Translations under genes and position numbers: made by a program
NCBI RefSeq assembly: GCF_964355755.1
Contig: NC_092675.1
Location: 6,753,812-6,817,811, forward strand
Direction of reading: 5' to 3'
Source of the DNA: Antedon mediterranea
Lineage: Eukaryota; Animalia; Echinodermata
Length of the DNA: 64,000 bases
Part shown: in pieces, positions 48,441-62,200 of the stretch
How the letters are laid out: each line of letters opens with the position of its first letter
Numbering within the stretch: position 1 is the first letter of the stretch
Notes under the pieces: generated by a model
Told to the model about the DNA's origin: nothing
What the model saw: only the letters and a program-made list of their open reading frames with translations
Database searches by the model: none

Positions 48441-51400
48441 CAGTGGGACAGCCAGTCGACAAATCGTGTCAAATTTCGACTCGGAGAGGGCGCCCTACTT
48501 TTCTAATTTAGTTCAAAATGGCTAAATTTTAGGGTGTTGGAAAAACACAATATTTGTAAATTTAGTTGATTATCGGAAAAATTTTGTTAGTGAAATAAAT
48601 TCATAAATGGTTTTAATATATTGTCATGTAAAATTAAATGTATTTGAACAAAACGATAATCTGTAATTTAACGGCAAAATCAACCAATGTCTTTTTTCCG
48701 AAATTGTACCCTAGAAAATCATTAAAATAAAATATTTAGAAAAATTGAACAGTCCTGAATTTAAAATCCCTGTTAGAAAAATTAATAATCTACAGAATAC
48801 GATATTAAGATACAAAATTCGGTGGTTGGGATGCAGCTCCGACTATTCAAACTAAAGGTACCACTATTTGTTCCATCGAAAACTAGCGAAACCGCCATTT
48901 TGTAAACACATCGTCATCGTGTTTATGAATTTATTTATAGCGAACGATATACGCGATGTTTATAATTGTCCGCGTATAAGAATTCATATAAATAAATACA
49001 TTCCAATACAACGCATATTATTACTTGTTTATTTATCACAGTAAACATTTTAGTTGAGGAATATTTATCATAACTATTATAATAGCTTTTATACGAGTCC
49101 GAGGCCTAGCCCTATTAGCGAGCGATTATTCCAGGCAAAGATCGTATAGCGCCACGTAGTGGCGCAAGATATGGAACTGACGCTCGAAAAATGATAATTC
49201 CATGGGCAGCCATTCCGGCAAGCGGATTACCCAGTAGGCAATGCGGCACGCCACCAAATCAATGTAAACAAATAGGATTTACATCTACGCGATAAACAGT
49301 ACGACTTTATTTTATCTTTCGCGTCAAAATGAAAGAACATCTATATAAAATTCGATTATATAAATTTACTCCATTTGATATTACACTTACATATGCGTAT
49401 ATCACTGTCCAACCTCAAACGGCTACAGAATAAACACTGACTGTATGGAGGACGAATTTTGTAGGCAGTCGGTTGAGGCATAGTTATAAATAGTGTCGCG
49501 GGGCGCAGCGCGATGCTACGCACTTCACGCCCAAGGTCGGCCGCGTTTGGCCTAGGCTGGGATGATGGCTTAGTTTATGTGCGAGAGAAGCATTTTTTTG
49601 GAGATGAATTGTAATAATTGCCAAATATATTGTCCAAAACTGTCTTTTTAATAAAAAAAAAAAAATTAATGGGCAGGGGGATGTTCTTTCCACTGTTCGG
49701 ACCCTCTCTTTCTATTTTGTGTGCTTCAGGCCTACAAAGTTATTTCATTGCAAGGGGAATTTTACTCCGATCTGCCACAACTGTAGTATACTGTACATAC
49801 AATAAAAAAGTAAAAGTATTAAATATTAATTTTAAAAATTCATAATCATAATTTGTTCTTTTCAACCCACTTTTATTAGCTCAACTTTCAATATTACAGA
49901 CAGGATTAAAATGCAATAAAAATACTGAAAAATCTCACTTTATACAATATTAATAAATAATGATGGAATAACTAAATACACTCGATAAATAAATTACGAA
50001 TGTATGGTTTTAGCCTTCTTAAATACAAGGAAAATTCTATTATTTTGATTTCTTGTATTACAAAAGAAGCCAATAGGCCTAAACAACAGTACTGATAATA
50101 ACTGAATTCTGGTTATTTCCTTTCTCTTTAAAGTATGAGGTGTGTGAAAATAGTGATTTTATTTGTAATCCCATAGGATACTGCTCCTTTTCAAGAATCA
50201 AAAATATAAACTATTATTACTATTAAAATATAATTGTCCATCAGTTCTGGCCTTTGTATTTAATTCTTGTGTAAAATACCACTTTGCACTCAATCATCTA
50301 TCTTCTCAATTTTACAGTATGATGACAGACTTATATATCTTTCTGAAATAGGGAAAAATATATCATTAAATTATTTGGTCACTTTTCGAACTGTTACATA
50401 ATCATTTGATTACTTATTATAGTATTTTAAAATACTATAAGTTTTTAAATTCAAAACAAAAGTCAATATACTATTTATTAATATTGTAAGTATTAAAAAA
50501 TGTTTACATTAATTAACTAAATATTTTTCAAATAAAGATGAAGAAAATAAATATGAGGATCAAATTTATAATTTAAATTTATTAAATAAAACAAACAAAC
50601 AACAACATCCTCACGATTTTTTATTTCATTACATTTAATTATTTCTGTTAATGTTATTATTAATAAAACGCTATAGGCCTATTGTCTTGTACATTTTTAT
50701 TAAAAATTCCCGAACAGCTTCAGTTTTTTTCTTAATCTTCCATCCATCCAAGCCTTGTTTGATCAAGACGCCAATCAATATCATTCATCCTCCCAGACTT
50801 TTTTTTATTAATCATACTAACTAAACTAGGCCTAGTATTCGGCATTAAATATGCCTAGGCCTACTACTATCTAGGCCCTAGATCGGATTGCGCAGAAACG
50901 CCTGCTGAACTAAATTTAAACAACAATTTAATAATTTTGTTAATGTTTACTAACAAAAAAATATATATTCAAAAAACTTACCACTACAATTTACCCAATA
51001 CAACACGAGAAAACTTCCCGAACAAACAATAACACGTCACACGTGGATGTGGTTCAATGGTTTATTATACACTTCCGGGGTATGTGATCGCGTAAGTTGC
51101 TTGCCGGAATGGCTGCCCATGGAATTTCACTCATGCGCAGTGTATAAGAGATAGGACTTCCATATCTTGCGCCACTTCGTGGCGCTATAGTATCTTTGAT
51201 TCCAGGGGCGGAAAGTCACTTAGTGACGTTGTGATCGGGCGCGTCGGGCCTAGCTAATATTAATAATATGACCTGAAATAAGCGGCTAACAAGAACTGTT
51301 ATATACTTGCTTACAATTGTTTTGTTATTGATGAACAAACAAGCAATTAGATTGAATAACAAATTATTTATTCATTTTTTTTGGGTAAAAACATGTACAA

Positions 51401-52683
51401 ACTAGGCTAGGCCTAGGGGCCTAGTACTGTATAATATAAATTAATAGTAATATTAAACTAATACAGTATTAATAAAATATAAGATAGGCCTAACATACAA
51501 TAAATATTCAATTTTTAAGGTCTACCACATGACAATAACATCATTTACAGAGTATAGTGTAGTAGGTTTGCATTCAACATAAATATTTGTATTGTAATTC
51601 ATCTAAATCCTCTGCAACATACATATATATTTGTAATTCAACATTTTGTTTTAAATAATTAAATTATAGTTTGGGTATGACAATGTCGGTAGGTACCGGT
51701 GTCATCTTTTTATCCACTTCACTCTCAGTTTGAAGTCACAAATACAAAGAACTCTGCATCATCAACGATTCCTGAAAGTGTCAGAAAAAATAATAAATAT
51801 TATTTTAAAAAAATGTTAATGTCTGGTTGTATATATAATTATAATATTATATGATGACATAAAAGTAAGGCAAATGGAAGCTGTATTTTATTAATTAAAT
51901 TACAGTATTTACTATTACTATTTATATAATCTAGGCCTACTAGTAGCCTAGCTAGGCATCTATTGAGCCTAATAAATCAAATAATAAATGAAAAACAAAA
52001 TAATATTAATACTGATTGAAAAAAAGTATTTTTTGGGGGGGATCAGATCACCAGGCTAGGCCGGCCAGGACCAATGATACTCGTAATCAGTACAACTTAA
52101 CGACTATCGGATCAGCATCAACACAGTACCAACACACGTCTCGCTATCGCCTATACTGACACACGTATCTCGCGTTGCCGAAACCACGCTCACAGCTAGA
52201 AAATGTACCTACCTTTCGAGGCCTGAGAATACACCAACACATTTTGAACAGGATAGAAATATATCATACTCGATTAAACTAATATTATTCTTGATAAAAC
52301 AATTGATTACAATTTTTTTAATTTGTTGGGATGCACCTCCGACTATTCAGAAAATGGACAACAAAACAGTAGTCAAATCGTACCACATTTATAAATTTCA
52401 CGAGTCCCGACTTCAGTCGCCGAATGTATTGTATTAGCTTCGGTTTCTTTGAAGAAAACCGATTGGTTATTCAATTATACTTATTAGGAAATGCTTTTAC
52501 CATAATAGGTAATGTTGGGCGGTTCTTAAATATTCTTGAGAGCTTAAAATAAAACAGCACTTATTTGCTAGGCGACGAAAATCGTCAGTTTTCAACGATA
52601 GGTGGCGCTTCAAAATCGTCAATGCGGAAGTAAGTCGATTTTACACGATTTAACGGTCAAAACGCGAAGTGGCTTTCCCACTG
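48441..52683. mobile_element. 4.2-kb TA-flanked element with imperfect TIRs (Tc1/mariner-type ends), no transposase ORF
   Basis: TA|CAGTGGGACAGCCA..AAATCGTGTCAAATTTCGAC versus GTCGATTTTACACGATTT..TGGCTTTCCCACTG|TA. Confidence 0.65.
49136..51198. mobile_element. Nested 2.1-kb non-autonomous DNA transposon, CAAAGAT..ATCTTTG ends, 8-bp TSD ATTCCAGG (P-element-like or hAT)
   Basis: TSD at 49128-49135 and 51199-51206; ~90-bp TIRs including TATAGCGCCACG.AGTGGCGCAAGATATGGAA and ATTCCATGGGCAGCCATTCCGGCAAGC. Confidence 0.85.
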
Positions 52684-53540
52684 TATATAACAATGGTGAA
52701 TGCTAATTGTTAATACTATATATTCAACAGGACAACCTTCACGTAATGTAAGGTATTAGATGTAATATCAATACCATAATCTACATAATGTAATGGTGGC
52801 TGCCCCCTTTATTATTATTACAGTAGTTTTACATTATATATTTAGTTATTTCGTCATTTAATAATAAATGACATTTTCCATCCATTTCGGTGTTTGGTTT
52901 CCTTTGTTTTGTCCTGGACTCTGTTGACACAAATCGAATTGTGTACTTTATCGCGCATATCTTTCTCCATAATAATAGGCCTACAATAATACTAAAAGTA
53001 CGATGCCGCAATTAATCAAAGAAACTGAAGGCATATCACGTTAGTATAGGTTTTAGACGGCAGAAGCATTTCGGCTTAATATTCGTAAATAGAAAAACAT
53101 TTTGGCGCAAATGGCATAAAGCAAAATAATTTTTTCGTATTTTTCAGGACTGCTTGATAATATTTTACTATACATAATAATATACAACAGTAATTTTAAG
53201 AAGGTGATACTTCACACTTTCCATCCTATGTTATTTATTGTTCTTTGCATATATTCCACCATCAATCAAGAATTCAAAAGAAGAAAAATGAAATTAACTT
53301 AATATTAACTTGAAATGTGATTTTTTTTTTCTGGAATTAAAAGTTACTGGTTCATTTCATCAATGCATTTTATCTGTTTCTACATATATCAAACAGTTCA
53401 TAAAAATGTTTTGACATATGAATGACAAATTATTAAAGAAAACTTGAAAGGGCGTCCAAGTGCAAACCAAGCTTTATAATCAATTAATTGGCATATCTAC
53501 CACAATCACTCGGTTGAAAATATCATTTCATTTGTTTTAG

Positions 53541-53613
53541 GACGAAATTATGTGGTTCAGGAAAGGAGATGAAACTAGGAGAACCAGTGACTCTACAACC
53601 ATCTTTTTGTTGA
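53541..53613 (+). pseudogene. Orphan lipase terminal exon (L3-like: TKLCGSGKEMKLGEPVTLQPSFC*)
   Basis: Acceptor TTTGTTTTAG, open frame to TGA; homologous to L3 exon 9 ([23 protein letters not shown]). I found no upstream lipase exons between 39.2 and 53.5 kb. Confidence 0.75.
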
Positions 53614-54687
53614 CTACAGTGATTAATTTAAACAAATGTTGATGATACAGTACTATGCTAATCTTAATGCTGATGATACTATATTGATAACATTAAATAC
53701 AGCAATGTTGTATGCTATAAAATTATAAAAAAACACACAAATGAACGATTTCATAACATTGATTTTCACTACGTATTTTATCCTTTGTGTTTAATCTATA
53801 TATAAATTTAAGTAAGTGCAAAATTCGTTAAATCACGCCTTACTTCTAGAATTTTTACTCGATGGTATATAAAGGTGGTTCATATTTTCGGGACTGATTT
53901 TAACCACCTGATGTAACCCTGTTTACTAATTAAATTGAGTTATATAATTAGTTATTGACGATTAAAACGATTTAGGTTCAACGATTTGCCTCAAATTGGG
54001 GTGTTTTCCTATCTCCTCCTACGATAATTGTTTTTAATAGCTGAAAACCGGTTGAACAGATCGAGTAAAGCATCATAATGTTGAAGACAGGCAGATTTTC
54101 TTTAAAAATACTATTTTGATAGATTTAATATACGCTTATACAAATGTATTGATTTACGATGAATGGACAATTCCAATCTCTCAGTCTGCCAGTTTGGTTT
54201 AACACAAGTAGGTAAATTTATGAGCCCTTGGTTTAACACATATGTAAATTTATGGGCCCTTGGAGAATAAAATTGCAAACATTACTGTAAATAACCATTT
54301 TTGGTCGTCATTTGGAATCGAAAATGTCTTACTGTGAGTGTGCGTACTGTTAGATATAATATAAAAATATATACAAATAAACTGTATTACTGTGGTTGTG
54401 GATAGGCTCTACTGTTATATATATAAACACATAATATACAAACTTTATTACTGACAGTTGCTTCTCAACGTTTTTATTAATTGATACTTACAAAAAATAT
54501 AAACGTCGTCGTAGTGGTGTATACATACTTTACTATTTCAATCGACTTTAACATGGACAGTTTTAACAAATCACAAATGTTTTACTGTATTTAGTGGTAT
54601 GTTATTTATAGGCCTATAAAACATGAAACAATAGGCCTATTTCGTTACTGAGTGGATACAAATTATATTAAAAAATTGTGCCTCATC

Positions 54688-55323
54688 CCCGGGGGGGTCA
54701 CTCTTAAATATTTCCATACGGGGAGGTGCCGCATTTACGGGTATATTTTCGAGGGCCTGGTAGCACAAGTGTGGGAAAATATGAAGAGTTGGTAGCACAA
54801 GTGTGGGAAATGACAGGGTGAAATTAGTAGTTTAAGTCCCTAGCCCGCCCACCCGTGTCAAAATGTCACGAATTATCGCCAAATTTTCAGGTATTTTAGC
54901 ATACTGGATGCTATAAGCCCATCGCTAAATACCTTTGAATAGGCCTAGAGTTTTCGCATCAGTAGAAGAACACGAAACATCCAGCCTAGGACAAAATCAT
55001 TCAACTGTGACCACTCTTGATGATCGTCGTCATGCACACCCCGCGATGCGCGATAAACTTTCAAAACACGTTCGTGATTTTTCCATGAACGGTCTCTTTG
55101 GCCATGTGCAGATCAACATGCTGGGAACCAGTACAAATTTTGCGCCCTCTCTGGCGTGGCCTTGTTTCTGCCGTCTTTTTATAGAACACTGGATTTTGGT
55201 AAATGGTAGTTCAAGTCCGTATATTTTTCAGTAAAACAGGTAGCGCAAGTGCCTCATGTCTTGAAGTGGCTGCTGCACCTCCCCGTTTGGTTTATATACA
55301 AGTGACCCCCCCCCCCCCCCGGG
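54688..55323. mobile_element. Non-autonomous DNA transposon with CCCGGGGGGG TIRs and 8-bp TSD GCCTCATC
   Basis: GCCTCATC|CCCGGGGGGGTCACT ... AGTGACCCCC..CCCGGG|GCCTCATC. Confidence 0.85.
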
Positions 55324-56296
55324 GCCTCATCCCTCAACCAATACATACAAACACAAATTGGGTTTGTTTAAATTTTTTATTTGGACACATTTTATGACAA
55401 GTTTCTCTTTCGAAAGCAGGGTGCTAATTTTAGTTGACTACATAAATCATCGTGTTTATTTATTCGTTTCTGAAAACGACAATGAAATCGCCAGTTTTGT
55501 TACGCTGAAATCACTGTGTATTCGAGACCTTTATGTGGAAACGCCTTAGATGTTACGCGAGCGAAGCGCGAGCGTAAAAGCTAGTAATAGAAATTAATAA
55601 TTTCGAAAAAGTTAATTTACAAAATACAATTCAAATTTTATTCTGGAAATTGTGTATCATAACTAAAAAGCAATACCGCTCAATCGTTGAATGTGAGTGA
55701 CACAAGGAAATGTTTGTGAAACTACAGAAATTCGAGTTATAAGTAATAATTGAATTAATGAATAAACAAGATTATAGTTTTGCTTACCGATTGTTTACGC
55801 TAATAATAACAAATAATATTAAATTCAATACACAATATAAATTTGACAGATTTGTTTATGCGAGTAGTGTACATTTATAACAAATTAAGATGTATATACA
55901 ACCAATTCACATATTATTTGAAAACTAACGAAATCCAAACAGGATAAAATAAATGTTTTTGTGTAACAAGGGGAAATAAATACTACTCAATGTTTCCGCG
56001 CACACCGTCTTGTTTTGTTTTTATTGTTTATAGGAAACTCTAAATTAGGCCATACAGAGTTGATTTTATGTTACCATACAAAACTACACAATATATGTTT
56101 CCATTTCCTTATTCCCGAACTGTATAATATTTGAAGAGTATACGTATAAATAAATCCACTCATTATTTACTTAATCTGAGGAGAGAAAGCAACAAACGCC
56201 AAACAATTGACGAAAGTAAAACTAGTTGATTGTTTGAAAGATAACTGCTGCCAGTTAAATACGCCTGTTTTTTGTATTCCATCACATTCTGCCGTC

Positions 56297-59200
56297 ATGG
56301 CGAAAACATTTGGTTTAGTATGTTGCTTCTTGCTTTTGCTAAGTAAACTGAATGATGTTGAAGGTAAGGGCATTGGTTTATTTCACACGACTCTATAGCT
56401 TGAGGTATACACCTATACATAGGCAATTTTGTTAACTCTTGCAAACTTCACTTCAAGCTATTTTTTATTTCAGTATTTGTTTAATTACTGATAAGCAACT
56501 CTAGTACACAATTTATTATTTCCTTGACTTATTTCTAAATAAAATAAATAGTTAAATAACTGTAGGATGAAAGCGATAAAGATTAGAACATTTGGGAGAA
56601 AGAATAAACACATTCTCACCGAGTAAAATCGTAATGATTTGTTCTTTGAATGGTAAATAGCTGGGGAACTTTTATTTGTTATATTCTATAATTACGTATA
56701 CATTAACAAAATAAACTCTACTGTGACTAAATACAATAAGAGGTGCTTTCATCTCAGGGTGGTATTCAACATGGAGAGAATCTATGTTTTTATAGTTCAT
56801 AGTTCATTTTATTTGTTCAAAAGGAAATTCATGTTAACATACGGTAACAATTGCGCAAATTTAATTTAAGTTTAGTAACATAGAAAAAGACAATAACATT
56901 TAAAATATACAACAGAGAAACAAAATAACTCTGATGAACAATTAATTAACTGACCAAAAAGTCATAGTAAATATGGAATAAAAGAATTAAGGAAGCGTAA
57001 TACATTATCTATTATCGTTGAGACTAAAACATCTTTACTTAATATAAATAATATATTCATAATAATACATAATATATTAATATAATAATTGTAACTTCAT
57101 TCCATATTCCTATATTACTATAATAGGATTTAAGACTAAATTTGTGTTAAATACTCGACGAAATAACAAAGACGAATCTCTATCAGCATACGATACAGCA
57201 TCTATTAGCAACTCGAATTTCAATCCAGCAAACCTCACCAAGTTTATAATTCATGGATTTCAAGAAAGCAGCGAAGAGAGATATGTTTCGGACATGTCCC
57301 GATCGCTGCTCGTTGAAGGTGATTATAACGTTATACTCGTGGATTGGGAAGAAGGAGCAGAAGGAAACGTATTACTCGATTATGATGATGCTGTGGATAA
57401 CGTACGTCTTGTTGGTGCCGAGATTGCTTATTTGATCAAGAAACTAAAGGTAATGCATTGCATGTAGGCTTATGAAAGAAACCAAGAATTTAGTATTTTT
57501 TTACTTAATTAAATGAACCATTGCGAACAAAAAAATGATAAATTTCAGTGACCACGGAGTATATAATAGATTATAGTTAGGCCTATGTCTTCGTCTTGAA
57601 ATCCAACAAATCACAGTTTAATGCACACGAAAAATATTGCACTCTTAATGTTTCAGTTGCCACTGAACTGTTTTTCGTATTATCAGAGTTTCCAATCATT
57701 ACAATATGGCTATACATTAATAGAAAATTAATCACAATTGTATTTACAAGATAAGAAGACTGACACTGGGAGAGTTATACATCGTATGGCTATTTCGTTT
57801 CAAGGAGCTATAAGAGTGGAATGAGCTTCCAATAAATTTAAATTAATTAGACACAGGTTTCACTCCTACCTTGTTCTTGTAATACAGTATCTATTTATTT
57901 ATTTTATTATTAAACAAGATTATTTATGTATTGCATAACTCACGGATAGAGGGTGCCTTTTCTGCAACGGTAATTGTTGGGCATAAGACTTTGTCTAAAT
58001 CTGTTCACAAAGTCAACGAATCCGTCGTATTATTTAATTAACATAAAACAATGTTGGAGTCCCGCCTATTGATCTGTGCAATCTTGATGTAACAGACCTA
58101 TATCCTTCCCTATAAAGTCTTATAACTATATACAACTCACTGATCTTATCAAATATATCATATATCATATATCATAACAGTCTGGGGCACTGATCGTGAT
58201 CGTATCCATGTACTTCAAAAAAGGGCTTTAAGAATTATATGTAAAACAAACTACTACCATCCATCTCTACCACTATTTATTAAAACTAATTCCCTTACCG
58301 TTTATGACCTCTATACAAAATCTATTTCACTTTTTATGTTTAAATACAATAAATTTTCATTCTTTTTTTCAAACATATGACTCTATTCATGTACATGATA
58401 CGAGAAACAAAAATAATTTGTATATCATCAAAAAGAACACAAACATGGGACAAAGGGGAATATCTTATGAAGGGCCAAGAATATGGAACAATATTAGTAA
58501 CAAAATTAGAATGAGTAATAACTTGTATAATTTCAAAAGGAAAATTAAAAGTTTATATATTATTGAATACACCGGAACAATGTAAATAGGTGTTTATGTG
58601 AAAATTGTATTATTTGTAATCAATTAACTGAATTATCAATTCTTGTTTTTATAATAATTAATATCAATATTTTAAAATGTAAAAGTTTAAGTTGTTTTAC
58701 TATTTAGAGGGGCGCCCAACTTAAAGCTTGCTTGCTGTGGCGTCCCTTTTCCACTTCCAACTTCTTTTCTTGCATTATATTATTTATGTTCATTATCAGT
58801 TGTATATTTACAGTATTATGCTACTCTGTATTTTGCTTTATTATTTGTGGAAATAAATATTATTATTATTATTATTATTATTATTATCTCAGCTTAAAAC
58901 TTAAAACTAACTATTTATTATTTATAGAGTGCAAGCGGGTTGTCTTTGAGAGACGTACACCTGATTGGTTTCAGCTTAGGAGCACACTGCGCAGGCTATG
59001 CCGGAAAGATTTTAGACGGTGAAATTGGAAGAATCACTGGTAAAAATAGGTTTAAACTAGAAAAAAAAATGTGTCCATTGAGATAGAATTAGGTCGGCGT
59101 TAGTCTACGAAAAAAAATCAATTTAATTGCTTCACTATTAACTATATTAATTAGTTTCTCATAAATGTGTCATAATTGGAACTAAAAATCATGTAAGTAT

Positions 59201-62200
59201 GGAGTTATATTTACGCCAAGCAAATGATACGAAATCAATCAATAAAATGGCAAATATATACAGGCGTGTTATAATATAGAATACTTAATAATAGGCATCG
59301 ACATATTTTGTAATTGAATACAGTATTTATTTACTATTAACAGGATTGGATCCTGCCGGGAGAAACTACGAGAAACTGCGATCATATGCAAGACTAGGCC
59401 TATATCGTACAGATGCCATGTTTGTGGATATCATTCACACCGAAAAAACACTGTTAGGTAAAAACCTTATTGTAAAACCTGAATCTGGAGGAGTAAAAAT
59501 ATAACTGGAATAAAGTGACCATTCACAATTATTTTCTTTAATTGTTTCAGGTCTTGAGAAATCCGTTGGACATCTGGATTTTTACGTTAACAACGGCGAA
59601 GATCAAACCGGTTGTCCACGTTATAATTTAAAGACTGTATTAGGCGACGGATGGTTTGATGGTAACACGATGTGTTTATTGTTGCATTATAATTATTTAT
59701 GATATCATAGGCCTAAAACAAAATAATTTGTTCATCTTCAGGAGTTTGTTATAGTGTCATATATCAAACTTATTATTATTGCTATTATTATTTGTTCCTC
59801 TTGTTTTTATAATTATAAAGCCTATGTAATGTTGATCATCTTTCATACATTGGTATAGCGTTTAACGTTTTCTTTATTTCGTTTTTTAGGTATTATTCAC
59901 ATCAGAAAGTATCACAAACTTATTTTGACATGACATTGACATCACATATAACTGAAAAAAAAATTGATCATAATATGTTGTTTGGCTTATTAATAATTGT
60001 TATATTATTTAGCCGCCGATGAATCTTACAAATGTGATCACAAACGAGCAGCTGAGTACTTTACCGCATCGATTGACGCTGAACAAAACTTTACCGCGTA
60101 TAGCTGCAGTAGCTACGCGGCATACATGGACGGCAGATGTTCAAGAACCTGTGGAACAAATGGTTGTCCTCGAATGGGGTTTCACGCAGATGAATACAGG
60201 AGAAGTAATCAACCTCAGAAATTTTACTTGCGAACTGCTGCTGAGTATCCCTACGCAGGTAGGTACTGTATGAAATATTGTAATCTGGTAAGAACAAAAA
60301 CAAACAACTAAAAAATAAACAACAAAAGAAGAATAAAAAAAAAAAAAACGATGAATGATTAATAATTTTTCCTGAAATAACATTGTTTCAAAGTGAATTA
60401 ATAAGAGCATGTGTTGAATCTGTTTGGAATAACAACTGATAGACTGTTAGCCTAATATAGACGTTAGACGTTTCTTAAACGAGGATGCTATACATTAAAG
60501 CTAGTGCATGCCCTAGTAACATCCAGATTGGACAATTGTAATGGAGTTCTTTATGGATTGCCTCAAACATCTATTAGAAGACTTCAACTACTAATGAATA
60601 GTGCCACCCGTCTCGTCACTCGGACACCTACATTTCAACATATCACTCCGGTTCTCCGTCGTCTCCATTGGCTCCCTGTTGAAAAGCGTATTGTTTTCAA
60701 AGTTCTTATATTTGTTTTCAAATCCATTCATCATTTGTCCCAGCGTATATTTCAGAGTTAATCAAGTTTCGCTCGGCGACCTGTAGTCGTTCCCTCCGGT
60801 CTACGTCTGGCTTAACCACTCTCGACTATCCACGGTTTAGATTGAAGTCATATGGGGAGCGATCTTTCGTGGTCGCTGCTCCAAAAATTGTGGAAATCTT
60901 TGCCTTTGGTGATTCGTGAGTCTGAGTCTCCCTCCGTTCTTCAAAGCTCACTTGAAGACTCACTTGTTTCGTTCTGTATGAATTCATTATTTTTCTCATA
61001 TCATTTTATTCATTTTATTGTTTGTTAGGCAGGATAGTCAGATGCTCACATCACTATGACACTTGTGAATAGATAGTTGGCTTGTCTTGACAAGTTAGTG
61101 AAACAGTGTGGTGATGTGAGATTCCGGTTTTCGGACTTTTTCTGTTGTCTTGGTCAATTTATTCGGTTTTTAGGCTATTTCGTGGTTTATTTTACATCAA
61201 CATTTTTTCATTTTCACACTTGTGCTAAACAGCGCATAGAGACTATTTGTATTTTGCGCTATATGAATTTAAAACCATAAAAACCATAAAACCATAAAAT
61301 AAAACAACAAAAACTTTCAAAGTAATCAATCAATCAATACCTTCTCCTCCCTTTGAAATAGAAACAAACAGTGAAACAACGAAATATTAAAATAACTGCT
61401 AAACAAAATATGACTTAATTCCGTGCTTTGGTTGCTCCTTGATTTATCTCCCTAGTCCATTTAAAGACCATTAAAGGTATACTTATTTTTACCTGATAAA
61501 AGAGAGAAAAATAGTCAACCGGAAGACATTTTCTATTTCTTTTTTTTTTGACCATTTTTGGGGATTTTAATTACCTTTATTCTTTATGTTTTGGAGATAA
61601 GTTAATTACAATATAATACCGTAATTCTTTCTGTTCTTCGCAACAATAACAAAGTAAGCCTATTATATAAGCATACTATTTCTACTCTTTTAGCTACGGA
61701 GATAACCATTGAAATTACAATGGCGGATAGGTATTCGAATGGTGGCCGGTATAATGATGATGATGACGGTGAATTACACATTGCTGGCTGGTATGGTTCA
61801 CACAAAAACACATTTTACAGGATGTGTTTGGGAAGGGCATGCAATGATAAGTAAGCAATTATGTATTAGACATATTGAAAATTAATTAACGATCATTCCT
61901 TAAACGAATGAACATTTCGGGGTTTTCCATGTTACATAATTATATGACTGATATTTTGTGGTTTCAGAAATCAGGAGTTCGAGAATGGAGAAACGTACAC
62001 TTATTTTACAGTGATTCCTAATGGTATTGGCAAAATTGAAGGAGTTAAGTTGTTTTGGGATGAGGAAAACTTCTGGTCAAACCCAAGACTATACATAGAA
62101 AAGATAGAGATCCTCGACTATCCAACAGTTGGGAAAAGGTATGTACATTTTCACATTGCCAATGTTCATGTTTCATTGACATTGCATTTAAAAACATTGT

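Noticed and set aside
50150-51000. Splice-like signals and Cys/His-containing fragments on the minus strand inside the 8-bp-TSD element
   Set aside because: No continuous frame; cannot support a transposase or zinc-finger call.
57680-57840. Short LINE-like fragment (GCTATTTCGTTTCAAGGAGCT..TGGAATGAGCTTCC)
   Set aside because: Too short and degenerate to delimit confidently.
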